NCBI GenBank assembly: GCA_043228905.1
Contig: JBHGNT010000003.1
Location: forward strand, 22,940,001-23,004,000
Source: Azolla caroliniana
Taxonomy: Eukaryota; Plantae; Polypodiophyta
Direction: 5' to 3'
Length of the DNA: 64,000 bases
Of the stretch, positions 27,001 through 41,192 are shown in pieces. Each line of letters begins with the position of its first letter. The stretch's first letter is position 1. The notes under the pieces are model-generated. The model was not told the origin of the DNA. It ran no database searches and was given only the letters and a program-made list of their open reading frames with translations. The position numbers and the translations under genes were made by a program.

Positions 27001-28470
27001 CCAAACTCCAACACAAGAAGAAGAGGTTGGAGACTTGGACTGGTGGTCCAACTCTACACTCACTAACTCACAAAACCCTAAATTGTCAAGAGCATTATCA
27101 AGAGGATTCAAATGATGAAGAAAAATGGCTAAACCCTAAAACTCAAAAAATATGACCTCCAAAATCGCCAAAGTCATATCCTCTTTTTCTAGATAAAAGG
27201 TGCCACGAAAGCACATTTAATGCTCATCTATCTTCTTTATAAAAGACAACCCTTGACACATAAACCAAGGTTCAAGACTTAAGAAAAAAGGAGAAACCCT
27301 AAAAACTAAAAAAAGTATGACCTATAAAATTGCCAAAGACCTATTCTGTTTTTATAGATAAAAGGTGGAAGTAACCACATTTAATGCTCGAACGTTTCCT
27401 TTATAAATGCAACCCTTGGGCCTTGACATAACAACTTTTGTCTCTAAGTATGTAGACCTCATTCGACACAATTTATAACGTTACCATTTCAATATCCACA
27501 TTATCAAGCAAAAGGAGATGAAGAAAAATAGAAAAACTCAAAAAATACAACCTCCAAAATTGCAAACCCCTTGACACATGAACTAGGACTTGATCTATAC
27601 ACCTCATTCTACATAATTGATCCTACATTTTGACATCATTACCATTGGATAATTATGATTGAACCTATAAATAATTAGGGAATGGCTTAATGGTTTGGTT
27701 TGAGCAGAACTAGGGCCCATAGGTAGCCACAATTATTGAGCTTGGTCGAGTAATGCTAGCATTGAATAATAATGCCACAAACATCAAATTTATTGCATTG
27801 GCAACTAATGTTCATATGGTGCATTACTAGATGTTGAAAATATTAGATTTTTAATATCGAAATTCTCAAGTTTAATAATGTAATTATTTTGGTTGTTTTA
27901 ATGTACCAACTAGTAAAATTTTCACACTTTATTTATGTTGCAATTTTCTAGTAATGAAATGATTGATAATAAGGAAGTCCATTCTAAAACAAAAATACAC
28001 TAAATAGTATGTGACTTTAAACTATTGACGAAAATGTAATTACTAATGTTGAAAGTGGTTCAATATGTAGTAGTCAATGTACAAGCACTTATTAAAGAAC
28101 AAAAGAAAGCCATGAAGTTATTGATAGAATTCTAAATCTAGAGATTCGAATGAATAAACATTTCAATATTGAGATTGAAAAGCATTTTGATGCCACAAAC
28201 TTGGAACAATATTCCATAAAAATCATTTCAATGAGTTTGTGATAATACAAATGTTTTGGGAAACTTTTATTGAAAATAATATATCTATGGTGCATGAATG
28301 CAAACCTACTCATCTTGAAGCTATATGGACACCAATGTTTATAAGCTTCTCAAGGGTATGCACACACGGAAACATGAAATTGTTTGTATGACCCATATAC
28401 TAAGAACGAAACTTGTACACATCAACCCTACTCTCAAACAATATGCGAGTGTGGGATTATTTAACAACAA

Positions 28471-29040
28471 TACTCCTCTAAATAGATGTAAGATTAAGTA
28501 TTTCTTTTGTCCAACATGACCTAAAAGCAATTGTTCCTTTTAGTGGGTGGGGTCTTGTTGTTATATTTGAAGTTTGTTCAGGTTTTTATAATTAATTATA
28601 TTCTTGAAACCATGAGCGAGTCCGTTTCACCAAACCTTCACATCATTGAAGTGAAAATGGCAGAATCAAGTCTTCACCTGTTACTACAGTGCAAGACCAT
28701 AGCATACCATGTTATATGTAACCCTAGATCCATCTACTCCTCTAAATAGATGTAAGATTAAGTATTTCTTTTGTCCAACATGACCTAAAAGCAATTGTTC
28801 CTTTTAGTGGGTGGGGTCTTGTTGTTATATTTGAAGTTTGTTCAGGTTTTTATAATTAATTATATTCTTGAAACCATGAGCCAATCCGTTTCACCAAACC
28901 TTCACATCATTGAAGTGAAAATGGCAGAATCAAGTCTTCACCTGTTACTACAGTGCAAGACCATAGCATACCATGTTATATGTAACCCTAGATCCATCTA
29001 CTCCTCTAAATAGATGTAAGATTAAGTATTTCTTTTGTCT
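28471..29040. repeat. Tandem repeat, 264 bp x ~2.2
   Basis: TACTCCTCTAAATAGATGTAAG at 28471, 28735, 28999; duplicated 72-aa ORFs. Confidence 0.92.
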
Positions 29041-31871
29041 AGCCTTAGTTACCACAAATTATGCAAAAGAATCGATTATTGATCTTTCAAATCTGGTCAT
29101 TCCATGAGGTAACTTAATTTTCTTTTTTTTTGTAACTAATTATGCAAAAAATCAATCAAGTATGTATAGATCTTTCATATTTGATCATTCAATGAGGTAA
29201 CAAATCTTCCTCTAGGCCAGAGTTTTGAGATACAAGTCTGCTGCATCTATGTGTGTATGACGTTTATACATCCGATATTGAAGTATACGAATAATGTGTT
29301 TTTTGTATTCTAATTGTTGTGATTTTTGGGCCTTAATTTCTCTGTTGGGAATCAGAGAACTCCGTATTTTATATAAACTCTCGAATCAGGTTTTGATTTT
29401 ACATCCTTTCATTGTTATCAATTGTGCTAGATGTCTGATATAAAAGCTCAACGCAAAATGCTGCAAAATTTATATATTTTTTCTCAACATTTATGGAAGT
29501 GGAGCTGCTACTAGTCTCAGTTTTGCAGCATTTTTGATATTATTATTTTCCATTTGAAAAATGTACAAATCATTATGTGGTGAGAAAGAGGTGAAGGGAA
29601 TCTAAATTGATGACCATATAATATATCCAAGCCTTAAAACCATAGGTTATCATTTTAAATGTATATTTCATGATAGATAGTACCATAATGCATCTATGCA
29701 CGGTTGGCACCTCAAGTCCATGCATAACAACCAAATGAATAGGATTATATACGTAACGATACACGATACGTTGACGACTAGCATTGAACTAAGATGGTTT
29801 AGCAATGACAACAACACCCACTTATATCTCATGGCTGGACGAAGACATTCTTGCTTGTCAACTCACACTCACGTATGTATGAACCTCGGTTGGTGTTCAT
29901 ACAAGAAACGTCATTTGGCAATCATGTTGCCTGAGAGTGTGTGTGAGTGTGTGTGTGTGTGAATGAAGTGATGACAACTTGTGATATTTGGCGTAACGGT
30001 TGTAGTACTATCTATCATGAAATATACATTTGTAACATAAAATAAAGTTGCAATTTCCTCTTTCAATTTACATAGCCCAGAATGAACCCTATGACCTTAG
30101 ATTTTATAGCCTCAACTATATTTTATAGCCTACAATTATTATATTTCATGCACAACCATAGATTGACATATTCGCATTGGTAGGGCCTCCCCCACGAATG
30201 AAAACGAATGAATACGAACACGAATACGAATACATCTTGTGCGTGACACTACATCCTCGCCTCCCCCCCTTGCATCCTCTTCTCAGCCTGCAAATTAGGG
30301 TTTCGGATGAAAACCCTCATTTCAATCGAAAACTATTTTCGACCATATTTCCTCTGCTTGGCCTGCATCCTCGCCTCCCCTTACTTAAATCCTCTATACG
30401 ACGCCTAGATCCTGTTCTCGGCCTGCAAAAACTCAGGGTTTTGCTGAAACCCTAATATCAGCAGAACCCCTAATTACTTAATTATTAGTGAAATAAATAA
30501 ATGTTTTGTGAATTAATTCTTTGTTTAAGTGAATTAAATAATTTTATAATACTCTTGAGGTAATTTCTAATTCTCGAATATTGCAAATATCAGATATGGT
30601 GACATATGGTGAAATATCACGTATGTGTCAATCTATGACAACAACAAATGAAAACTAAAGACAGTATTAATTATGGGGATATCAAGACAAACTAACAATT
30701 ATAAAAGGAACATGGAGAAAAAAGACAAAATAATGGGATAGAAATAGGGCATTAAGTTTGTACAGAGGGTGCTTTGTATGTATACCTAATGTGGTCAGGA
30801 ATGACAGGGGCTATGTGATCTATCTATCTATCTATCTATCTAGGTCAGAAATGACATGGGCTATATGATCTATCGATGTCTTTCTGTATCTTGTAGGGGC
30901 CGAAAGGCCATTTTCCTGCAGTAACAAGAAGTGATGGTTTGTTTGATGTATGAATTTGTAAATATTTTGGGTTCTTAATACCTTATACATTTGATCCAGA
31001 ACATGGCCTAAACAGCACTTCCTCCTTTTAGCATGCCGATTCGTCTTCTTCTTCTTTATATCCTTCTCTCCTTTCGGCATTGCAGACCATTCATTCACAT
31101 TGAAACTTGTTTTTTAACCTTGCTCTGACAGTCTAAAGTGAAAAAACGCTTCCAACAATCCGTGACCTACTATTGCTACAAGATAAGACCATAGCCTAGT
31201 ATCGATAACCCTATTGACATGTCTCAGTACATGTAAGCTCCATATATTCTTTTTTTACTGATATTTTGATCTTTAACGAGGTAACTAAGCTTCATATTCC
31301 TTCTTGCAAACTAGACTCTTGAGATAGCAATCTACATACATGTGTGTATAATGTTCCAATGCAGGTATTGGTGTCAGACTATAAATTTTTTGTGGTCTCT
31401 GTATCCTAATTATTTTGATTTTTGGGCCATAATTTCTCTTAAGTGCAGAATTATAGAGAAGTAGATCTTGTATAATCTTGTAAATGGGATTTTGATTTAT
31501 TATCTTTCAACTCATATCATGGTTAGTGGGAAGGAAAATCTTTTGAGCGCGTAGATATATGTACAATGCTAATCTAAAAATGCAAATTGTATATACTTTT
31601 GTCCCATTAATGTTTACAGCATTTTAGAGCTTGTAAATCTCTGATATTATTTTCCTTAGAAAATTGTGGAACTAGAGCTTCGAATTTAAAATCTAATGTA
31701 AACGAAAACATTAGAGTTGATGAACCATACAAAAGTGTTGTAATTTGTATGCAAATTATAGGTGTAGATAATTTGTGATGTCTTGAGAAAGTTTCCGTCT
31801 TGTTACTATCTGTCATTATGGAAAACAAAAACCAGAAAAGTGTATGCTCCAATCAAAGTCGGGGTTGTTAT

Positions 31872-32083
31872 AAACACGCAATTAGATTGTTGCATTTAGG
31901 AATGTCTGAGGGTTCTCACATAGATTTGTGAATAAATTGTATGTCAAGGTGGTTTTGAGCTGAAAAATAATAGCAGAACCGAGAAACGAAATTAAAACAC
32001 GAAATTAGATTGTTGCATTTAGGAATGTCTGAGGGTTCTCACATAGATTTGTGAATAAATTGTATGTCAAGGTGGTTTTGAGC
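31872..32083. repeat. ~90-bp direct repeat (period 124) upstream of the SABATH gene
   Basis: AAACACG.AATTAGATTGTTGCATTTAGG...TTTTGAGCT at 31872 and 31996. Confidence 0.85.
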
Positions 32084-32247
32084 TCTAAGAATCCATGGCT
32101 CTGCTTTAGTCATAATGCCTAAAGGCAGTGAGAGTTATAAGACAAACCTTCCCTCAACTGAACTTGCAGGTGTAAGATTATTTTGCTATACCATCTTGCT
32201 ACATAAATTTTTTTTGCACTAAAGCAAGATACAAATTGGAAAGGGAA

Positions 32248-33745
32248 ATGGGGATCATGAAGCTCACATCTATGCAAGGTGGAGATGGAGCTGGGAGTTA
32301 TGCTCGAAACTCAGGCCCACAGAATTTTGGGTTTCATGCATATGCGAAGGCTCATCTTCTCGAAGCTGTCCAGTTATATATGGAAAACAATGCTATTGGC
32401 ATTAGGGATACGGATAAGCAGAATGAAGATCATGTAATACAAGTCATGAATCCAAGATTGATTCGAATTGCAGACTATGGATGTGGCTATGGGAGGAATA
32501 CAGTAGAGTATGCATAATTTATCGTTAGTAAACTCTTGGAATTGCATGAGGAAGACAATGAATTCAAAGAAGAAACTGCTCTAAGCAAACCAGAGTTCAC
32601 CAAGGAGCTCCAATATTATTTCGTTGATCTTCCATCAGATGATTTCAACAACTTATTCTGTATGCTACATGATCTTGACTTTGCAACAGTTTTTCAAGGG
32701 TCATTGAAGTTCTTTTGTGCTGGGGTGCCGAGATCCTTCTACAATCATGTTTTACCGGACGGGAGTGTCGATTTTGCTATTACAACCTATGCACTACACT
32801 GGCTTTCGCAGGTTTGATACAGCCATTGAAAGGTTTTGGAGTGAGCTTTCCTAATTAAAATTCTCAAATATGTCTCTCATGCACTCTTGTTTTGGGGATG
32901 TCATATTCTGTAGAGTTAGATAATGGATTTCCTGTTAGAAATCTAGTAAAACTTGTAGCATATCCAATAACCAGAAGAAAATGTTGCATTATTAGGTTCC
33001 AGCAGTGCTTCTCGACAAAAATGCTCAGACTTGGAATGGGGGGCATGTCTGGATTCCAACAGGTGATGGGGCTGCAGCAGCAGCAGTCTCAGAGGCATAT
33101 GCAAAGCAATTCCAAGAGGATGCCAGGAAATTTCTGAGAAATAGAGCTGAGGAGATGAGAAGCAATGGGATGATATTTATACTTTCGACATGTCACGCAC
33201 AAGAAACTAGCCCATTGAAGCATGTACCACGAAGCGACATACACGGTGGCTATTTTGAACAAGCATGGAATGAACTAGTTGAACAGGTATGTCCATTATA
33301 TGATTTGAATTTTAAAATCAAGCATTACGCTGTTTTGGTTGTATGCATCGAAGTGCTGATTATAATGAATGTTTTCATTCATCTACAACATTTGATATAT
33401 AGGGTATCATCGAGGCTTCGGAGAGGGATACGTTCAACGTGCCGTACTACAACTTCTCTCGAAGGGAATTTGAAGAGGCCTTAGAAAGTGTGGTGGAGCT
33501 AGAGCTGTTGGATCTTCATGTACTCGCGAAAGGTGATCGATGGTCTGCTCTCGCATCCTCCTTTATTTGGAGAGCTTTGGAGTTCTTTCCTTCGAAGCCT
33601 CAATCAGCCTCTTGTGGATGCTCACATTGGCAAGAAGCGGGCAGGTCAACTCTTCGATCGATTGAGAGTAATAGCTACCGAGAATGCCCGTGGCATTAAA
33701 AACATCGTTTGTGACCTCTTGATTGCCATTATTCGAAAGAAATGA
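32248..33745 (+). pseudogene. SABATH-family SAM-dependent carboxyl methyltransferase (Methyltransf_7) pseudogene, 3 exons
   Basis: Exons 32248-32811, 32996-33286, 33403-33745 with GT-AG introns; motifs MQGGDGAGSYARNS, IADYGCGYGRNT, DLPSDDFNNLF, YALHWLSQ|VP, FLRNRAEEM, DTFNVPYY; in-frame TAA 32515-32517 and a frameshift near 33520-33545. Confidence 0.92.
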
Positions 33746-35354
33746 TTTGAAAGAAAGAGCAATATTTAGTTTGAAGCCATGAAATGAAAGATTATAAGGA
33801 ATTTCCCGTATAGTTGTGGTGATCTCTTGATCATAGTGTTACTTCTTAGTCTGCATGTGAAAAAAACTATTAGACTCTTAATTTCTGCAAATCCAAGAAC
33901 TCATGTTGTAATCCAAAAAAATCAGCATTTATTTCATAATAAAAATCATCCACAACAAGCAACTGTGTCACAGTCAAGAGATACAAAGAAGAAATTGAAC
34001 TGAAACATAACTAAAATAGAGAGAACAATTAAAATGAACGAAGTCAATTATGAGATGAATAAGAAGACACAAGGGATTAAAATATATATCACATGGAGGA
34101 AGATTTGAGCAGCTTTAAATCAAGAAGGAAGGCTATGAGAAGACAATGCATAAGAATGTGCATGTGGGAAAGGAAGGATGGGAGCATGTACCAAGTTGCC
34201 ATATACCAAGTTCTTGGGTGACAGTTTCTACTTATACCCATTCGGAGTTCCGTGATCTGACGTGCCATAACATGCTCCAATTATGACCGAGTTTGCGGGC
34301 ATAAATCAGATTACCGCCAACCATTGGATATGTGCGCTAATCTGGAAATTGAGGTTTTGGGCTTATGTCAAAACCCAAACACCGAAACCCGATGCCAAGG
34401 TCATAGACACAATTATAGATAATACAAAGATTGAGAGTTTCTAGACATGCATACAGAATGCCAAGAGTGGTAGCAATTCTAATCATGCAAAATGTTCAAG
34501 ATTCTGCACTTTATTAACTGTGCCACACTTGTCTACTTGTCTTTAGCACAGAAAAGGATCTCTCGACCTCTATGATGTTCTCCATGAGAAACACTTCAAA
34601 TGGTTCGGTTCATCATAATTATCAGGTGATCTAGTTTCACATCGGACTATCCTGATTTTGTTCAAACATTTGGTGTCTACTTCTTTGATTGGATCCATCA
34701 GCAATTGGCCAATCAATGTCTGGGTTTTCCGCAATGTCGTGCGATAAGCTTCTGGATCTGATCTTCTTGGTTTTAGACTGTTGTTGGACCCACTATGATA
34801 GTGGGACCTATCTTCTCTTCTCTTGGCATCTTTCCACATAGTTTAAACTTGAGCTTTGGAGGATTAGGTGGCCATGTTGTTGGGGTTTGGTTGGCATATA
34901 AGATCTTTATATGCTAGTACAATTTACTCGTGATTATGATGAATTAATCAACTTGAGTAGAAATATCCTTGTTCTTCAGACCTTGATTGCAAATGATGAT
35001 CATAGAGCAAGAAGTATGTGAAAACATGCATGAGTATACCAAGAAAGGTAACATCATGTGTATATGGGCAATGGAATTGCTCATATTTTTACTGACTACT
35101 ATACAAGGGGCATGTATCTTTGTGATCTTTTGAAGAACAAAAAGGCAACCATAAATGTGACATAAAACACGTGTTAGAAATCGCTATATTTACCATCACT
35201 TGCAAAACTTAGTATCACTTCTAACTAGAATGCAATGATAAATTTCATGGTAAACAAACACTACATTTAGGTTCGGTATGTTTCAAATACTCAAAAAACA
35301 ATATGCAAAATGGAGGATCCAAAATCCCCCGCTTTCCATATATTCAAAATCTGG

Positions 35355-36310
35355 TGTTACTCCCCGTCATTGAGTGAAAATAGAGCGCTCCGCACTCTCT
35401 TCCTCCTCATACAGTGAGTTGTCCACCTTGATTTGGTTTAGCGTTGTGATAGGATACAATCCTTCAAATATACATACACATACACACACATACATTATCT
35501 TTCATCCATCAATCATACACGTACACTCCTTTAAATATATAGATAATGTTCCATGCATACAATTATACACACATAGTTGTAAGTGGTTCAACATACATAC
35601 AAGTACACATATACATTATGTTTATACAATCATACACATATGGTCCTTCATCAACATTAATTCATATACATACAATCTTATAGGCATACAAACATGTAAA
35701 CATATGTACTCATATGTTTGGATAGAGTAGGGACAATCATTCAAATACATGTACACAATGCAAAGGGACTACCCAACAGTTAGTCCCAATGGCCAGTTGT
35801 GGCCTTATATGAGGAGGATCATTTTCCTCATTTTCACCATTTCCGATTTCTGGGATCCACTTATATATATATTAATAATATATATATGCTCAAGGAGTGT
35901 GGGCACTCTCTCTTTCTCTCTAGTTGTTTTGGTAGTTACCTTGACGTATCGCAATTCGGCTCGACTTGTCCCTAAGTTTTGGTTTTGCCCTAAGTTTTCG
36001 ATGGCTAAAAACCTCTTGAATTTGAAACTTAACATATGAGCATGTTCTACTCCATGTTGTTTCCGTTTTGGGTGTTCTTGTGTGATCTTGGAAATAGGGA
36101 TGTAACAGTTGATATTAGAGCAAGAACATGAGTTGGAGGGGAGAAAATGTTGAAGGAGGAAGCTTATGAGGATTTGAAAGAAATATTGATGAAGGCACTG
36201 GATCGGAATCGGAAATGGAGACGATTGCGAGAGAGGGAACCCTATAGAGATTGTGATTGCGCAATTGGTCAAGATCTTGAAGGAGCCAATGAAGGTGTCA
36301 TTGGAATAAG
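35355..36310 (+). mobile_element. Old LTR with degenerate Met PBS and a short internal remnant
   Basis: TGTTACTCCCC (35355)...AGGGATGTAACA (36107), then TGATATTAGAGC 36110-36121. Confidence 0.55.
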
Positions 36311-36549
36311 AAATCATTATGTATAACGATAGGTATTTTAACTTATTGTTTCCTAAAGAAAATACATACATTTATCTATTCCTCACGTATATTTATGTGG
36401 AAATATTATCTTTTTACTTTTGAGAAAGTTGTATGTACATATTGGAGACATGTTTTTGTAAGGTGGTATTATTTTGCGTGTCCACTCCTAGGCTATTGTT
36501 TTTTTATAGAATAATGACAAACAAGACATTGTCAACGGAGCCTTCAAAT

Positions 36550-36695
36550 TACTTTCAAATACAAAGCACACCATGAGCAAAATGCTAGATCATTATTTTC
36601 AACTACAAAGCACACCAGGAGCAAAACACTCTCATTATTTTCAAACACAAAGCACACCACAAGTAGAACACACTCATTATTTTCGGATACAAATT
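36550..36695. repeat. ~41-bp minisatellite x3
   Basis: TTTTCAA..ACAAAGCACACCA....TCATTA units. Confidence 0.7.
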
Positions 36696-37449
36696 AAGTA
36701 CACAGATGTATGAGTTATATGTTGGATTGATCGATTGATGAATGATATCGTTCTATAAAGGTTTACGGTAGGAAGGTTTTGTCGAGTAGTTTAAGCCTAG
36801 GAAGAAACCCCACACTAGAGTCCAGTAGTATGTACATAATAATGTCTACTCACACAACAAAAACCATGGAGGCTCTGAGGAAGCAGAATGGTGGATAGAA
36901 GGGTGGTCTTCCCTGAACCAATAAACAATGGAAGTTAGGATAGCCAAAATTAGGAGAGAATAGGTAAGATAAGTATAATATATTTTAGGGTTTGTGGTTC
37001 AAGAAAGAAATTTCCTGCATATGGATCTCCCCTTAAATTTGGCGGCATCCCGGAGGTACTCTACTCGTTGTAGCCATTTTTTTTCAAACGCAGAAGAAAG
37101 ATCACCACGAGTTGGAACGATAAGCACTAGTGAGTATAATTCGATATTTGATATGTTATATATGCAAAATAAGGTAAACTAATCAATCAGATTAGCCGTG
37201 ATTTGGTTTGAATCTTCGTAATCAATCCATGCATTTGCGATTTTGATTTGAAACTTCCGTAATCAATCCAGGCATCTGTGTGGAGGACTAATGGAATAAG
37301 TGGCACCCCAATTAATTTGTTGTAATAAGATTTGACTAATGAGTGATATATTCATAATAAGTGAATGATCATACTGCAATGCAATCAAAGCACTAACTAC
37401 CATGTGGTTCAAAACCTCCTAGTTTTGGACATTTATAGATTTGCAAAAT

Positions 37450-40154
37450 TGTTGGGGTTTCCACTCAAGTGGAGCCCACATCCACTGGAGTCGGCTGAGC
37501 ATCGAACAGTCGTGGGGCCAAAAAGGAGAAAAGTAATAATTATTTATAATTATATATACATATGTTTTTTGGTGTGTGTCTTTTTTGTGTGTGTGTGAAC
37601 ACAGGTATGTAGACGTTGGAAAACAAGGAGAAAAATATAAAAAAGGAGAAGAGGGAAAATAGAGTGCAATCTGATTTTCTGAGAGTATAGAGAGCACAAA
37701 CAAAAAACTAAGGGAAGAAAGAAAACAGAGAGAGAGAAACAAAAAACGAAAGAGCGAGCAAGAGGAAGAGTGAACTACTGTCGCAGATGCAAAGTCTTGC
37801 GAGGGACTATATGTGCTATCGAATAACCACAATTGAACAACTCCTGTCCTGTCTACATGTTTCAGGTTTCTTCATTTTATGTTTTTCTAATTTCCGTTTT
37901 CTTTGCTTTTCTATCCACCCAGTTGGGTGAGGAATTATAATCTAGGTGATTGTTGTATCCACCCAATCGGGTGAAAATTGTAGCCCAAGGCTGTTGCCTT
38001 GAGGCTAGGACATTTTTCTACTCAAAACCTAGAGAGTTCGTACTCATTTGTACCCACTATTGTGTAGCCAAGGTTGTTTCCTTGAAGTAGATACATTCCT
38101 CTAGTGAGGTCGTATTTCACTGTACTCCAAATTATAATGAAGTTGTTTGAAACCTACGGTTCCCGTGGTTTTTCCCTATTTTGGGTTTTCCACGTTAAAA
38201 ATCTTGGTGTACTCTCATTTCCGTCTTGTGGTTTCATCTGGTGTTAATTGTGTTTGAAATTTTAATCATCCTGATTCAACTCCATATTCCCATCAAGTGG
38301 TATTAGAGCCGAGGTTCATACCTTGCACAGAGATTTGGAATATGGATGAATCATTATGGGGGGTGATTAAATTGACCAGAGCCAACTACTCCATTTGGAA
38401 ATCCAAAATGAGAGACATGTTGGTGTGTAAGGACATGTGGTTGCCCATACTACATGGGATAAGCAAACCCGAGAACATAGATACATCAACTTGGGATACA
38501 ATGCATCTAAAAACAACATCATACATATGTTGTTTTATAGTTATGAGTCTATATAACAATTTCGTTGATGAAATCAGAGCAGATGAGTTATGGGGGAAAA
38601 TCGAAACTATGTTTTAGACTAAAAATGCCTTAAATAAAGTCTCGGTGTTCAGGAAACTCGTAAGACTCAGATACCAAGATGGCTCTAGTATGACAGAGCA
38701 TCTTAACACATTTCAAGGACTTATAAGTCAAACAATCTCTCTAGATATATCTGTAGCAAATGAGGTGTGGACTTTGCTATTGTTAGGCTCTCTCCTAGAT
38801 AGTTGGGAAATCCTTGTTGTGACGCTTGGGACCGCAACACAACAAAAAGAGCTAACATTGGACATGCTTAAGTCGAGTCTTCTACATGAAGAAGCATGAC
38901 GAAAGGAGCATGAGTCCAACTTTGACCGTAAAGCCTTAGTCATAGAAAACAACTCCTCTAGAGGAAGAAGCCATGCTAGGGGTCTACAAAATCACAGAAA
39001 TAATCCTAAGGGGAGGTCAAAGTCTAGAAGTAGAAAAGACTTCAAGAAAGATTTTTCATGTCGTTATTGTGGTGGTTCAAACCATTATGAGAGAGACTGT
39101 TGGAAGAAAAAGAAAGACCAAAAGAAAGGAACCACCGACAATAAGAGCAATGACCCCACTACAGCCACTTGTGATGGTGACATTGTCATTGCCTGTGATG
39201 ATGCGTGTGTTAGCTTAGCATGACAACAAACTGATTGGATTATTGACTCGAGAGCCTCGTATCACATTACTCCATACCGAGAGATGTTCTTGTCATATGC
39301 CGGTGGTGACTTTGGCAAAGTCAAAATGGCTAACCACGGCATAACAAAGGTTGTTGGCATAGGAAATATAAATCTAACCACGGACACGGGTTGCAAACTA
39401 GTATTAAATGAAGTTAGGCATGTAGCGGACATTCGACTGAATATTATTTCAGCCAGTAAGCTTGATGATGAGGGTTACAAAAATTCCTTCGGTGAAGGAA
39501 AATGGAAGCTCATCAAAGGCTCGCTAGTATTAGTAAGATGCCTAAAACAGAATTCCCTCTATGTAATGCGTGCTATGGTGTCTAGTGGAGAGGTGAATGT
39601 AGCCGATAAGGAAGTCCATATTGAATTGTGGCACAAGAGACTTGGGCACATGAGTCAAAAAGGACTCGAGGTGCTAGCTAGAAAGAACATCCTACCTGAG
39701 ATAAGAGGTATGCACTTGGAGGCTTGTGTTGATTGTTTGTCCGGTAGACAACACAGAGTCGCTTTTCAACATTTGCCCCCAAAAAGAAAATCCCAGCCAC
39801 TAGAATTGGTGCACATTGACTTGTGCTATATGAAAGATAAGACTCTAGGGGAGGCATTGTACTTTGCCACATTTATTGATGACTTTCTCAAGGAAATTGT
39901 GGTGTTTTGCATTGAGGACTAAAGATCAAGTCTTTGAGATCTTTAAAAACTTCCATGTAAGTGTGGAAAGGGAAACTAGGAGAAAACTTAAATGCATCCG
40001 TGTGGATAATGGGGGTGAGTACCAAGGACAATTTGAACAATACTATCGCGAGCATGGGATCAAGGTAGAGAGGAGTGTTCCCAAAACACCTCAACACAAT
40101 GGTGTGGCTAAGAGGATGAATAGGACAATTTGTGAGTGGATAAGATGTATGCTA
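37450..40154 (+). mobile_element. Degenerate Tnt1/Tork-like copia, cut in integrase by a later insertion
   Basis: LTR ends 38295 (start approximate); PBS TGGTATTAGAGCC 38298-38310; gag from 38342, PR, GAG-pre-integrase and INT with stops and frameshifts. Confidence 0.88.
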
Positions 40155-41192
40155 TGTGAGAAGTCAAGCTCATACAGAAAAGGACTTGAACACATGACAT
40201 ATGTGTTCATAATTATTTGATTTAACTATACTACTATTATTGATTTGTTATATTATATTATTCAATAATCAATATTAGTTAATGATAAAGGTAATTGCAT
40301 GTCATAATAGATGCATGTAAAAGTGGTTTGCATGCAGAAAAAGCGTGTCTAACAAGTGGTGTTCATGCAGAAAGTTCTTCACTAGTAACCATATATAGAG
40401 TTTTTGTTAAACACAGTGCTCGGCTACGACCGAGGAATAGGATCAACTCACAGAAAAACAGGAAATACAAAATACACGAAGACAACAGAGAGAAAGGTAC
40501 ACAGGATGTTTTACGTGGAAAACCCTAAATGGGAAAAAACCACGGGAGTCCTCAAACTCCAACTATCACTATAAACAGAGATGTACAATGGTAAAGCTAC
40601 AAGGCAACAACCTTGAGCTCACTGTCTTCGCCACAGGCGGCGGCAATACACAGAGGCGTCGACCTCTTCCTTTCTCTCTCTTTCTCTCTCGGCTGCTCTC
40701 ACTTCGCTCCCTTGGCAGAAAACATAAAATGAGCAACAACATTTAAACTGTTTGCCCTAAGTCATATTTATACACATATGACTTTCGGGCTATTTACAAA
40801 TATAGCCTCAAGGGCTCTTGGCAAACATATTCACAAATATGTCCCCGCATCCGGATCTCTCTCCGGGTACATTCGTCATCCGGCTCCGTAACCGGGGTCT
40901 TCATCATCCGGCTCCGTAACTGGGGTCTTCAGCATCCGGCTCCGTAACCGGGGTCTTCATCATCCGGCTCCGTAGTCGGGGTCTTCAGCATCCGGCTTCG
41001 TAACCGGGGTCTTCATCATCCGGCTCCGTAACCGGGGTCTTCAGCATCCGGCTCCGTAACCGGGGTCTTCATCATCCGGCTCCGTAGTCGGGGTCTTCAG
41101 CATCCGGCTCCGTAACCGGGGTCTTCATCATCCGGTTCCCGGATATCCGACCATCCCATCCGGAGGGACCGTAATCCCAACAAACTCCCCCT

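Noticed and set aside
28531-29013. Tandem 72-aa peptide genes
   Set aside because: TTG starts and produced by the 264-bp repeat; no recognisable motif
32515-32517. Stop readthrough or RNA editing rescuing the SABATH gene
   Set aside because: An independent downstream frameshift favours pseudogenisation
34570-34839. 89-aa minus-strand ORF
   Set aside because: No recognisable domain or exon context
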